Source: Brachyspira sp.
Lineage (GTDB): Bacteria; Spirochaetota; Brachyspiria; Brachyspirales; Brachyspiraceae
Length of the DNA: 51,024 nt
Reading direction: 5' to 3'
NCBI RefSeq assembly: GCF_050873525.1
Contig: NZ_JBNMIZ010000001.1
Span: 1 to 51,024 of the forward strand
Below the pieces are notes generated by a model. That model made no database searches. It saw only the letters and a program-made list of their open reading frames with translations, and was not told where the DNA came from. The position numbers and the translations under genes are program-made. Shown here in pieces: positions 18,850-27,618 of the stretch; position 1 is the first letter of the stretch; every line of letters begins with the position of its first letter.

Positions 18850-19246
18850 GAATAAAGGAATTTTGAAAGAATAATATTATGGTAATTTTGTAATAATAGA
18901 TTTAAATAAATATATTTTTTATAGCGGTTTTGGGAAAGAGGTTTTTTATTATTAAAAATATTAAATAAGTTTCAAATAATAATATTTAATAGTTATTTAT
19001 TAAACAATTTAGAAAAAATATATATTGTCGATATTATAATAAATCCAATTATTAAGAAACTATTAAGGCTATATAATGAAAGATATAAATAAATCTTCTT
19101 TGCATTTTAATGACGATACAATACAAAAAGGAATTGAAAATAATTTAATTTCTTAATAAAAATTCATTTGTATTTTTTGCAATTCTAATATAACATATTA
19201 CTATACAATTTTACAGAAATTATATAAAACTGTTACGGATAATAAA

Positions 19247-20047
19247 ATGATAACTCAAACGAGATATATTTCTAATTTTATTGAAATACAAAAAATAAAT
19301 AATGGAGCTATAAAACCTGAAACAAAAGATTTTATAGAATTTGAAAATATTAAATTAAAACTCTGCGATTATAAAGAATTGTTGGAAGAAATGAAAGAGC
19401 AGAAAATAAAAGTCGATTGCATTCTAACCGACCCGCCTTACTGCATCTCTCGTAAAAATAATTTTAAGACTATGGGGAGAGCTGGAATTGATTTTGGAAA
19501 ATGGGATTATAATTTTAATCAAACCGAATGGATAAAAAATTGCGTTCCTTTTTTAAATGACGGCGGTTCTATAATTATTTTTAACGATTGGAAAAATCTT
19601 TCTTATATTGTGGAGGCTTTGGAAGATAACGGCTGCATAGTTAAAGATTTGCTTCGCTGGGAAAAACTTAATCCTATGCCAAGAAATGTAAATTCTCGTT
19701 ATGTAATCGATTTTGAATGCGCTATTTGGGCAGTTAAAGGCAAAAAGCGCTGGGTATTTAATAAACCTAAAAATGTATCTTATATGAAAGCGGTATTTAA
19801 AAGCGGAGTAGTCCCTGGCGGTAAAAAAAGACTTCATCCTACGCAAAAACATTTGAATGTTATTGAAGAAATATTAAATATCCATACAAATGAAAACGAT
19901 TTAATTTTTGACCCGTTTAGCGGAAGCGGGACAACCGCGCTTGCCTGTCTCAATAATTCTCGCAAATTTATCGGTTCTGAAATAGATGAAAGATATTTTA
20001 AAAATGCATGCAAAAGATTAAATTTAAATATAAAAGAAAAACAATGA
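19247..20047 (+). CDS. Site-specific DNA methyltransferase, N4C/N6A beta class
   Basis: TDPPY precedes HPTQK and DPFSGSGTT. Confidence 0.92.
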   Translation: MITQTRYISNFIEIQKINNGAIKPETKDFIEFENIKLKLCDYKELLEEMKEQKIKVDCILTDPPYCISRKNNFKTMGRAGIDFGKWDYNFNQTEWIKNCVPFLNDGGSIIIFNDWKNLSYIVEALEDNGCIVKDLLRWEKLNPMPRNVNSRYVIDFECAIWAVKGKKRWVFNKPKNVSYMKAVFKSGVVPGGKKRLHPTQKHLNVIEEILNIHTNENDLIFDPFSGSGTTALACLNNSRKFIGSEIDERYFKNACKRLNLNIKEKQ

Positions 20048-20913
20048 TAATGTCGCCTTTAAATTATTCTGGTAATAAATCTAAAATACTAAAAACTCTT
20101 ATTAGTTTATTTCCTAAAAATATTAAAATTTTTGTGGATGTTTTTTGCGGAAGCGGTATAGTCGGTTTGAATGCGAAATTTAAAAATCTAATTTTAAATG
20201 ATAAAGAAAAACATATTATTGATTTATTGCAATATTTTCAAAATAATTCTTTAGACAATATTTTAAATCAAATAAATAAAATTATCGTAGAATATAAACT
20301 TACGGATTCAAAAAATAAGCCTAAAGGTTTTTACAAAATATATAAAAACGAAGGTTTGTCAAGATACAATAAAGATGGATTTTTAGAACTACGAAAATCA
20401 TATAATCAAAATCCGAGCGAAATTAAACTTTTTGTGCTTATAATATTTGGATTTAATTATTTTTTACGATTTAATTCTAAAGGTTTATTTAATGTTCCCG
20501 TAGGCAAAACCGATTTTTCAAATTTTCAATATAAAAAAAGCGTAGAATTTATTCAAGCTTTACAAAATAAAAATATTAAACTACTAAATTTAGATTTTAG
20601 AGAGAAAGAATTATATAAAAACGGAGATTTTTTTTATTTTGACCCGCCATATTTTATTACGGATGCGCCTTATAACGCATCATGGAACGAACAGGACGAA
20701 AAAGATTTATACAATATTTTAGATTCGATTAATTCAAAAAATAAAAAATTCGCTCTCTCTAATGTTTTAGAATCGAACGGAAAAAGCAATAATTTTTTAA
20801 AAGATTGGAGCAAAAAATATTCGATAATTCATATTGATAGACAATATACAAATGCAAATTACAGACGAAAAAATTTAGGAAAAACGCAGGAAGTTTTAAT
20901 TATAAATTATTAA
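20044..20913 (+). CDS. Dam/D12-class (alpha) N6-adenine DNA methyltransferase (start revised to 20044)
   Basis: SPLNYSGNK, DVFCGSG, RFNSKG.FNVP.G, FDPPY, EVLI.NY; ATG 20044 overlaps the upstream TGA (ATGA). Confidence 0.92.
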   Translation: MIMSPLNYSGNKSKILKTLISLFPKNIKIFVDVFCGSGIVGLNAKFKNLILNDKEKHIIDLLQYFQNNSLDNILNQINKIIVEYKLTDSKNKPKGFYKIYKNEGLSRYNKDGFLELRKSYNQNPSEIKLFVLIIFGFNYFLRFNSKGLFNVPVGKTDFSNFQYKKSVEFIQALQNKNIKLLNLDFREKELYKNGDFFYFDPPYFITDAPYNASWNEQDEKDLYNILDSINSKNKKFALSNVLESNGKSNNFLKDWSKKYSIIHIDRQYTNANYRRKNLGKTQEVLIINY

Positions 20914-20924
20914 GGAGATATAAA

Positions 20925-22592
20925 ATGAAATCTGTTTATAAAATATTTTCTTTTAGCACTACGATTAGAAATCCGCAAAGAAATTCCGTATTTTTGGAAT
21001 GTCTTAATAAGTTTAACGGCTTGGTTTTTGATTCAAAAAATTCTAGGCTATATTTTGAGGAACTTGTAAAAAACGGCATATACAAATTAAGCAATATTCC
21101 ATCTAAAATTAACGAAAAACTTATAAACGATGATATTTTAAACGATTCGGAATTTGAAGAACTTTTAAAATTAAATCCTCAAATTTCAAGCGAAGAAAAA
21201 ATAAATTTTAGAATAAGAACGCAATTAAAAGCTTTAGAATCTCAAGGTTTTCTAATTTTTTCAGGCGATAAAAATAAACCGATTATAACAATGACAAATC
21301 TTGCTTTCGAGCTTATCAATAGAAAATCTTATATTACCGATATTTATTCTAAAATCATGATTGGTTTGCATTCTGGAAATCCTTCAAGAAAATCAACTCT
21401 TAATAAAGCGAGAGTATTTTTGAATACGATTTTTGTAATCGATTTGCTTAAAAAGGAATGGGAAAAATTAGGAAACGAAGCAAAAGGAATTTTAAAATAC
21501 GAATTCAAAAGTTTTGTTTTGGGAATGAAAGACTGCGATTATAAAAAATGCGTCCAAGATATTTTAGAATATAGAAAAAATTACGGATTAAAAGAAAATG
21601 AAAAATATATAAGCGATTATTTATTTAATAAATTAGGATTAAAGAAAATAAAATACGACAGCTTAAACGATTATGCGGATGAAGTTTTTAGAAAATTTGA
21701 AATGACAGGACTTTTAATTGCAAGAGGAAAATTTAAACATATTTATTATGATTTTTCTAATTTCAATTCTAAAAAAATTGAATCGCTATTAATCGCTTAT
21801 AAGAATTATGATTTTAAAGAATTTTCAAATATCGAAGAATATATAAATTTTTTAGATAATATTAAGTTGCCCTGGCTTGATAGCGATGAAGTGAGAAAAG
21901 AAGTTATTAAACAAAAAGCGAAAAATTTAAATATTACTCTTAAAGATTCTGATTTTGAAAATTTAAATATTTTGGAAGAATCGCTCAATCAAAAATTTTA
22001 TAATAAGGCTCTTCAATCGGCTATTTTACAAAGCGATATAAAAGAACTTTTGGAAGAGTTAAAAATTTTAGCTTCTTTATCAAATGCAAAATCCAAATAC
22101 GATATACCCGAACCTTTGCGTTTAGAATATTTGCTTGCTTTAATTTTAGGAAAAAAATACGGCATTTCAAAACTTTATTCAAATCTTATATATAATGAAA
22201 ACGGCATTCCTTTATCTTACGCTCCCGCTGGAAAAATAGATTTGGAATATAACGATTTTCTTTTTGAAGCGACAATGATAAAAAATAGAAATCAGCAATT
22301 AAACAGCGAAACGACAAGCATAGCGAGACATATGAAAGAAAGTCAAGATAAGAGGCGGGAATATTTAAGAACTATTTTAATCGCCCCTTATATTCATTGG
22401 GATGTAGCTTTATTTTTTAAGTTTTGCGCTAAAGAATTTGAAAGTAAAATTGCGCCTATTACTATTGCCAAATTTATAGAATTGATAGAAGAATCTCCTA
22501 ATTTTAACGATTTTCAAATAAACTTTGATAAATTCGTCAATCAACTTCTTAACGAACAAACTCAAAATTATATTGATTCTATAAATTTTTAA
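20925..22592 (+). CDS. AlwI-family type II(S) restriction endonuclease
   Basis: N-terminal FSFSTT.RNP.R; catalytic region P.SYAPAGKID.E...EATM...R.Q...E..SI.RH; cotranscribed with two MTases; AAGGAG RBS. Confidence 0.82.
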   Translation: MKSVYKIFSFSTTIRNPQRNSVFLECLNKFNGLVFDSKNSRLYFEELVKNGIYKLSNIPSKINEKLINDDILNDSEFEELLKLNPQISSEEKINFRIRTQLKALESQGFLIFSGDKNKPIITMTNLAFELINRKSYITDIYSKIMIGLHSGNPSRKSTLNKARVFLNTIFVIDLLKKEWEKLGNEAKGILKYEFKSFVLGMKDCDYKKCVQDILEYRKNYGLKENEKYISDYLFNKLGLKKIKYDSLNDYADEVFRKFEMTGLLIARGKFKHIYYDFSNFNSKKIESLLIAYKNYDFKEFSNIEEYINFLDNIKLPWLDSDEVRKEVIKQKAKNLNITLKDSDFENLNILEESLNQKFYNKALQSAILQSDIKELLEELKILASLSNAKSKYDIPEPLRLEYLLALILGKKYGISKLYSNLIYNENGIPLSYAPAGKIDLEYNDFLFEATMIKNRNQQLNSETTSIARHMKESQDKRREYLRTILIAPYIHWDVALFFKFCAKEFESKIAPITIAKFIELIEESPNFNDFQINFDKFVNQLLNEQTQNYIDSINF

Positions 22593-22603
22593 GTCAATTA
22601 AAA

Positions 22604-23716
22604 TTATTTTTTATTAGGCAAATGTTTTATTATCTGCGTATCAAGTAAAACCGCTCTGCTTGAATTGTCATAACCCAAAATTTTTGCATAAACTTCTATA
22701 TGACTTCTGTTTTCTAAAGTAATATTCTGATTAAATATTAAATCGGCAACTCCCAAAATTTCTTTTCCGTTATTATCGTAAATTAAAAGTCTCGCTTTAT
22801 TTTTTTGAACGCCGTCAATATTCGTTTGCGAAATACCGCTTACATCCGCTTTCCATTTTATATATCCGCCTTCGTATAATCCGTGATTTTGAACTACAGT
22901 TAAATAGTCGGGGCTTTCTTTGAATATATTATAATCGGGCGCTATGATGAAATTTTTTAAAACTCTAAATCTTTCTTTTAAATATTCGTTTATATCGCTA
23001 TCCAACGCTCCGTTTATTATCATAACCGCTTCATTAACGGACGCACTCCTCATATTTTTCTTTGCCTTATCGAACATCTCGGCGACTTCTCTCGGCGAAT
23101 ATGTCGGACTTTTTGCGCTCTCGGGAATTCTGCCGTCTTCCAAACCTTCAAATAAATAAACATTTTCAAGTTTTTCTCTCAATTCTTTTTGTTCTCTGTC
23201 GAGCAAAACATATTTAATCATAGGATAAACTCTCTCTATAATCAAATAAGAACCTAAAGACAAAATAAAAACAATCGGAATAATCGCTAAAAATTTGAAT
23301 ATTGAAATTTCTTTTTTTCCGAGTAAATAAGGACGAGGTTTGATTTCGTTTCCTTTCGCGTTGTTTGTTAAAAATCTTATTCTCTCAATATTGTCCGCGG
23401 CGATTTTATTGTCGGGAGATAAATCGAGTATTCTAAAATATTCTCTTAAAGCGTTTTCTCTATGTCCGTTATATAAACTAATATAGCCTTTCGCTAAAGT
23501 GGCGTTAATGCAAAAACCGTCTTCACGCAAAGCCTTTCTCGATACTTCTTCCGCAGCCGAAAAATCTTTCAAAAAAATATTTGCAAAAGCGAGCATAGAA
23601 AGAGCTTCCGCGTCATGATTTAATTTGCTCGTATTGTTTAAAAGATAGTTTTTCGCTTTTTTGTATTTTTTTCTTTTAATCAATTTATAAGCGTTGGAAG
23701 ATATATTATTCTTCAT
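22604..23716 (-). CDS. TPR-containing membrane-anchored protein
   Basis: N-terminal TPR-like helical pairs (A...Y.RIL.L.P.N..A) and one central TM helix. Confidence 0.75.
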   Translation of the reverse strand: MKNNISSNAYKLIKRKKYKKAKNYLLNNTSKLNHDAEALSMLAFANIFLKDFSAAEEVSRKALREDGFCINATLAKGYISLYNGHRENALREYFRILDLSPDNKIAADNIERIRFLTNNAKGNEIKPRPYLLGKKEISIFKFLAIIPIVFILSLGSYLIIERVYPMIKYVLLDREQKELREKLENVYLFEGLEDGRIPESAKSPTYSPREVAEMFDKAKKNMRSASVNEAVMIINGALDSDINEYLKERFRVLKNFIIAPDYNIFKESPDYLTVVQNHGLYEGGYIKWKADVSGISQTNIDGVQKNKARLLIYDNNGKEILGVADLIFNQNITLENRSHIEVYAKILGYDNSSRAVLLDTQIIKHLPNKK

Positions 23717-23924
23717 TAAAAAACAGTCCTATATTTTGTTTAAATAATTTGTTTACATATTCTGTTTACATAATATTATCGGTATTATGATAACTTATAT
23801 TAGATATTTTTTGAAGTCGATTTTATTTATAATTTATATTCAAATTAACTTCGGTTAGTCGAATATTGATAAAAAAGAAAATTAAATATATAATCTATAA
23901 ATTAAAAAATGTGCAGGAATTAGA

Positions 23925-25469
23925 ATGAATTATAAAATAGCATTAACGGGTTCAACGGGAAATATGGGCGTTGAAACTTTAAGGCAGTTAATGGAACTTG
24001 AAAATATAGAGATTATAAAAGTTTTGATAAGAAAAGAAAGCGAGAAAAAGGCGAAAAAGTTAAAAAGAAAATACAAAAATAGAATTGAAATAATCATTGG
24101 AAATATCGAAAACAAAAAAGACTGCGAAAAATTAATCGAAGGAACAAATTATGTTTTGCATCTTGCCTCGCTTATTCCTCCAAAATCCGATAAATTCCCA
24201 GAATTAAATTATAAAGTAAACTTTTTGGGAACGAAAAATATAGTCGATTCAATTTTGGAAATGGAAGAAAATAAAAAACCAAAACTGATTCATATATCTA
24301 CAGTCGCTTTATACGGAAACAGAACTGAAAAGAATCCTTGGGCGAGAGTGGGCGACCCTTTGATAATAAATAATTACGACCTTTATTCTTATTACAAACT
24401 TAAAGCGGAAAGATATGTTTTGGAATCTCCTCTAAAAAATCGAGCGATAATAAGACAGACGGCGATGCTCCATAACAGAATGCTTACCGACAATATGAGC
24501 GATGGTTTGATGTTTCACACTTGTTATAATTCGCCTTTGGAATGGATTACTGCGAGAGACAGCGGATTTTTAATGAAAAGAATAATCGAAGAAGATACGA
24601 AAAATCAACTTGACGATTCTTTTTGGAAAGGAATTTTTAATTTGGGAAGCAAAGCTGAAAACAGAATTACGGGATATGATGTTTTTAACGAAGGTTTTAA
24701 ATTAATCGGCGGAAACGCTAAAAAATATATGCAGCCGAACTGGAACGCCATCCGAAATTTTCATGGAGTCTGGTATTATGACGGAGATAAACTTGAAAAA
24801 TTATTTAACTATCAAAACGAATCAATAAACGATTATTGGAAAGAAATTGCAAAAAGACACTGGTATTATTCTCTCGCAAAAATCGTTCCCTCAAAACTGA
24901 TAAAAATTTTTGCAATCGAAAGACTTTTATTCGATTCAAATTCTCCTCGTTATTGGCATAAAAATAAAGAAATGGGAAAAATTATCGCGGCGTTTGGAAG
25001 CGAAGAAAATTATAAAAAACTTTCTAAAAAATGGAAAAAATTTAATCTGCTTATTGAAAATAAAGACTGCAAAGGAAATTATATAAATTACGAAGAATTA
25101 AAAAATATAGAAAACGCTAAATTATTAAATCACGGATACGATGAAAATAAAAAAGAAATAAATATTGAAGATTTGAAAACAGCGGCGGAATTTAGAGGCG
25201 GAAAACTTTTAAGCGATAAAATGGAAAATATGGAAACGAAATTATTATGGGAATGTTCCGAAGGGCATAAATTTGAAGCGAAACCCGAAACGATAATAAA
25301 AGCGGGGCATTGGTGCGAAGAATGTTTTGAAAATCATACTTGGAATTTCGATAATACTGCAAAGAAAAGTCAATTCTACGCTCAAGTTTATTACGATTCG
25401 CATGACAAAAACGAAAATATGATTTATTATTTCGATAAAGATTTTAAAGCTCTTTATAAAAAGTTTTAA
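23925..25469 (+). CDS. Extended SDR / NAD-dependent epimerase-dehydratase with C-terminal Zn ribbon
   Basis: TGSTGNMG, HLAS, VN..GT.N, ISTVALYG, YSYYK; C-terminal WECSEGH...HWCEEC. Confidence 0.85.
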   Translation: MNYKIALTGSTGNMGVETLRQLMELENIEIIKVLIRKESEKKAKKLKRKYKNRIEIIIGNIENKKDCEKLIEGTNYVLHLASLIPPKSDKFPELNYKVNFLGTKNIVDSILEMEENKKPKLIHISTVALYGNRTEKNPWARVGDPLIINNYDLYSYYKLKAERYVLESPLKNRAIIRQTAMLHNRMLTDNMSDGLMFHTCYNSPLEWITARDSGFLMKRIIEEDTKNQLDDSFWKGIFNLGSKAENRITGYDVFNEGFKLIGGNAKKYMQPNWNAIRNFHGVWYYDGDKLEKLFNYQNESINDYWKEIAKRHWYYSLAKIVPSKLIKIFAIERLLFDSNSPRYWHKNKEMGKIIAAFGSEENYKKLSKKWKKFNLLIENKDCKGNYINYEELKNIENAKLLNHGYDENKKEINIEDLKTAAEFRGGKLLSDKMENMETKLLWECSEGHKFEAKPETIIKAGHWCEECFENHTWNFDNTAKKSQFYAQVYYDSHDKNENMIYYFDKDFKALYKKF

Positions 25470-25514
25470 ATAAAAAATATTAAAAATTTTAACAAATATA
25501 AAAGGTTTAATTAA

Positions 25515-26396
25515 ATGAATAAAAATAAAAACGCGATAATATACTGGTTTTCGGGAACGGGAAATACCGAAAAAGTTGCAAAAGAATATAAAAAAAATTT
25601 TGAAGAAAATAAAATTGAAACTCTGCTTTATAAAATAACCGACAATTTTGAAGATATGCCGAGTCCTGAAAATTTTGATTATGTTGGAATCGCTTATCCG
25701 ATTCATGGATTTAACGCTCCTTATCCCGTTTTTAATCTTATAAAATTATTTCCAAAAACTAAAAACAAAAATATTTTTATAATAAAAACTTCGGGAGAAC
25801 CTCTAACGATAAATAATATTTCTTCAGAACCTTTGACGGCGAGATTGAAACCAAAAGGCTACATTCTAACAAACGAATATCATTATATCATGCCTTACAA
25901 TATGATATTCAGACATACGGACGAAACGGCGGCGAAAATGTGGAAAACGGCAAAATCTTTATGTTCGATAGAGGCAAAAGAAGTATTGGATGAAAAAAAA
26001 CATTTATTAAAAAAATTTCCTTTCGGCAGATTAATCGCTTTTTTATTTAGAATCGAGCATCCCGCGATGAAAATCAACGGAAAACTTTTTAAAGTAAAAA
26101 ATATTTGCATTCATTGTAATTTATGCGTTAAGAAATGTCCCGTGAATAATGTTTATAACGATGAAAATAATAATATAAGATTCAAAAACAAATGCGTTAT
26201 GTGTTCGAGCTGCGCTTTCAGATGTCCCGTAAACGCGATTAATATCGGAATACTCACGGGCTGGAAAGTGAACGGTCCTTATAATTTTGAAAATCCTCAA
26301 ATCGGAATAAAAAGCAAACATGAAAATTATTGCAAAAAGGCTTACGATAGATATTTTGCGCGAGCTAGTAGTAAGATAAACGAATTTGCAAATTAA
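25515..26396 (+). CDS. EFR1-family flavodoxin-ferredoxin fusion
   Basis: FSGTGNT plus two CxxCxxCxxxCP 4Fe-4S motifs. Confidence 0.9.
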   Translation: MNKNKNAIIYWFSGTGNTEKVAKEYKKNFEENKIETLLYKITDNFEDMPSPENFDYVGIAYPIHGFNAPYPVFNLIKLFPKTKNKNIFIIKTSGEPLTINNISSEPLTARLKPKGYILTNEYHYIMPYNMIFRHTDETAAKMWKTAKSLCSIEAKEVLDEKKHLLKKFPFGRLIAFLFRIEHPAMKINGKLFKVKNICIHCNLCVKKCPVNNVYNDENNNIRFKNKCVMCSSCAFRCPVNAINIGILTGWKVNGPYNFENPQIGIKSKHENYCKKAYDRYFARASSKINEFAN

Positions 26397-26529
26397 CTGT
26401 TATAATTTAGGTATTATTATTGTATATCAAATCGTCATTTTGTAAATAGTTTTATAATATATAATAAAAAATAAAAAATAAAAAATAAAAATTATTCCGT
26501 TATAATATATTTTAAATAAAATATCAGTT

Positions 26530-26557
26530 TTGACAAATAAAATTATTCTGTTATAAT
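26530..26557 (+). promoter_or_regulatory. Promoter TTGACA-N16-TATAAT with extended -10 (TGn); rpn probably leaderless
   Basis: ATG 26564 is 6 nt after the -10 box and has no SD. Confidence 0.7.
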
Positions 26558-26563
26558 ATTTTT

Positions 26564-27457
26564 ATGAACGAGTTGGAATATTTAAAAAATAGCGAAAATG
26601 AAATTATAACAGTCGACAGTCTAAACAAGAAAAATGATTGTTTTGTTCGTTATCTGTTTTCGGATAGAGGAAATGAAAATATAGTTTTAGATTTTATTAA
26701 CGGAGTAATGATTGATTCAAATTTTAAAACTTTTTCTAATGTCGAAATTTTAAATCCGTTCAATTTGAGTAAATATTTGGATGGCAAAGAATCGATTGTA
26801 GATGTGAAATGTGTTACAGACGATAACGATACCGTAATAATAGAAATTCAATTGCAAGGTAATCAATATTTTATTGGCAGAAGTCTTTATTATTGGGCTA
26901 ATAGTTATAGCTCGTTATTAAATAAGTCCGACAATTATACTAAACTTGCTCCAGTTATTGGAATGAATATTTTAGACTTTACAATATTTAACGATATAAA
27001 AGATTTTCATTCATGTTATTTATTAAAAGAAATTAATCATAATAAAATACTTACCGACCATTGTATGTTGCATTATATTGAATTGCCGAAGTTTGATATA
27101 AATAATATTAGTAAGGAAAAATTAAATACTTGGATAAAATTTTTTAAGGGGGAAAATATGTCAAATTTAATAAAAGAAAATAATATTTTTGAAGAAGTAG
27201 AAAAGAGATGTCAGAGTTTTATTGAAAGCGACCCATTGATAAACGCATATAGAAAAAAAGAATGGGAAGGTTATTTCCATAAGGCAGAATTATTAACAGA
27301 GCGAGAAGAGGGAATAAAAGAAGGTAGACATGCCGAACAAATCTCAATGGCAATCGCAATGAAAAAAGAAAATATAGATATAGAAGTTATTAAAAGAATA
27401 ACGGGATTAAGCATTGAAGAAATTCGCAACCTGCGCCCAGACGGGGAAAAACTATAA
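26564..27457 (+). CDS. Rpn family recombination-promoting nuclease / PD-(D/E)XK putative transposase
   Basis: ND.FV.YLF, SIVDV......IIEIQ, RSLYYW...Y, HYIELPKF, EEGIKEG and C-terminal I..ITGLS.EEI. Confidence 0.9.
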   Translation: MNELEYLKNSENEIITVDSLNKKNDCFVRYLFSDRGNENIVLDFINGVMIDSNFKTFSNVEILNPFNLSKYLDGKESIVDVKCVTDDNDTVIIEIQLQGNQYFIGRSLYYWANSYSSLLNKSDNYTKLAPVIGMNILDFTIFNDIKDFHSCYLLKEINHNKILTDHCMLHYIELPKFDINNISKEKLNTWIKFFKGENMSNLIKENNIFEEVEKRCQSFIESDPLINAYRKKEWEGYFHKAELLTEREEGIKEGRHAEQISMAIAMKKENIDIEVIKRITGLSIEEIRNLRPDGEKL

Positions 27458-27618
27458 CACTTACTAAAATATATTTTTTATATAACACCACAATTATTTA
27501 ACCTCTCTTAATTTCCATCCCCCGCTTTAAAAACTGAAACATAATTTCTTTAATACAACTTGAAATATAATCAAATTTATTTATAATGCTTATTAATAAT
27601 ATTATTTAATGGATACAT

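Noticed and set aside
19076..19156. 26-codon ORF MKDINKSSLHFNDDTIQKGIENNLIS upstream of the R-M operon, possibly a relic gene start or controller
   Set aside because: Too short, no HTH motif, no supportable homology.
26465..26491. (TAAAAAA)x3-4 upstream of the rpn promoter
   Set aside because: Short A-tract repeats are expected at this AT content; no leader ORF geometry like the other two SSRs.
26564..27457. Rpn gene as an active IS element
   Set aside because: No terminal inverted repeats or target duplication seen; the family's transposase label is not well supported.
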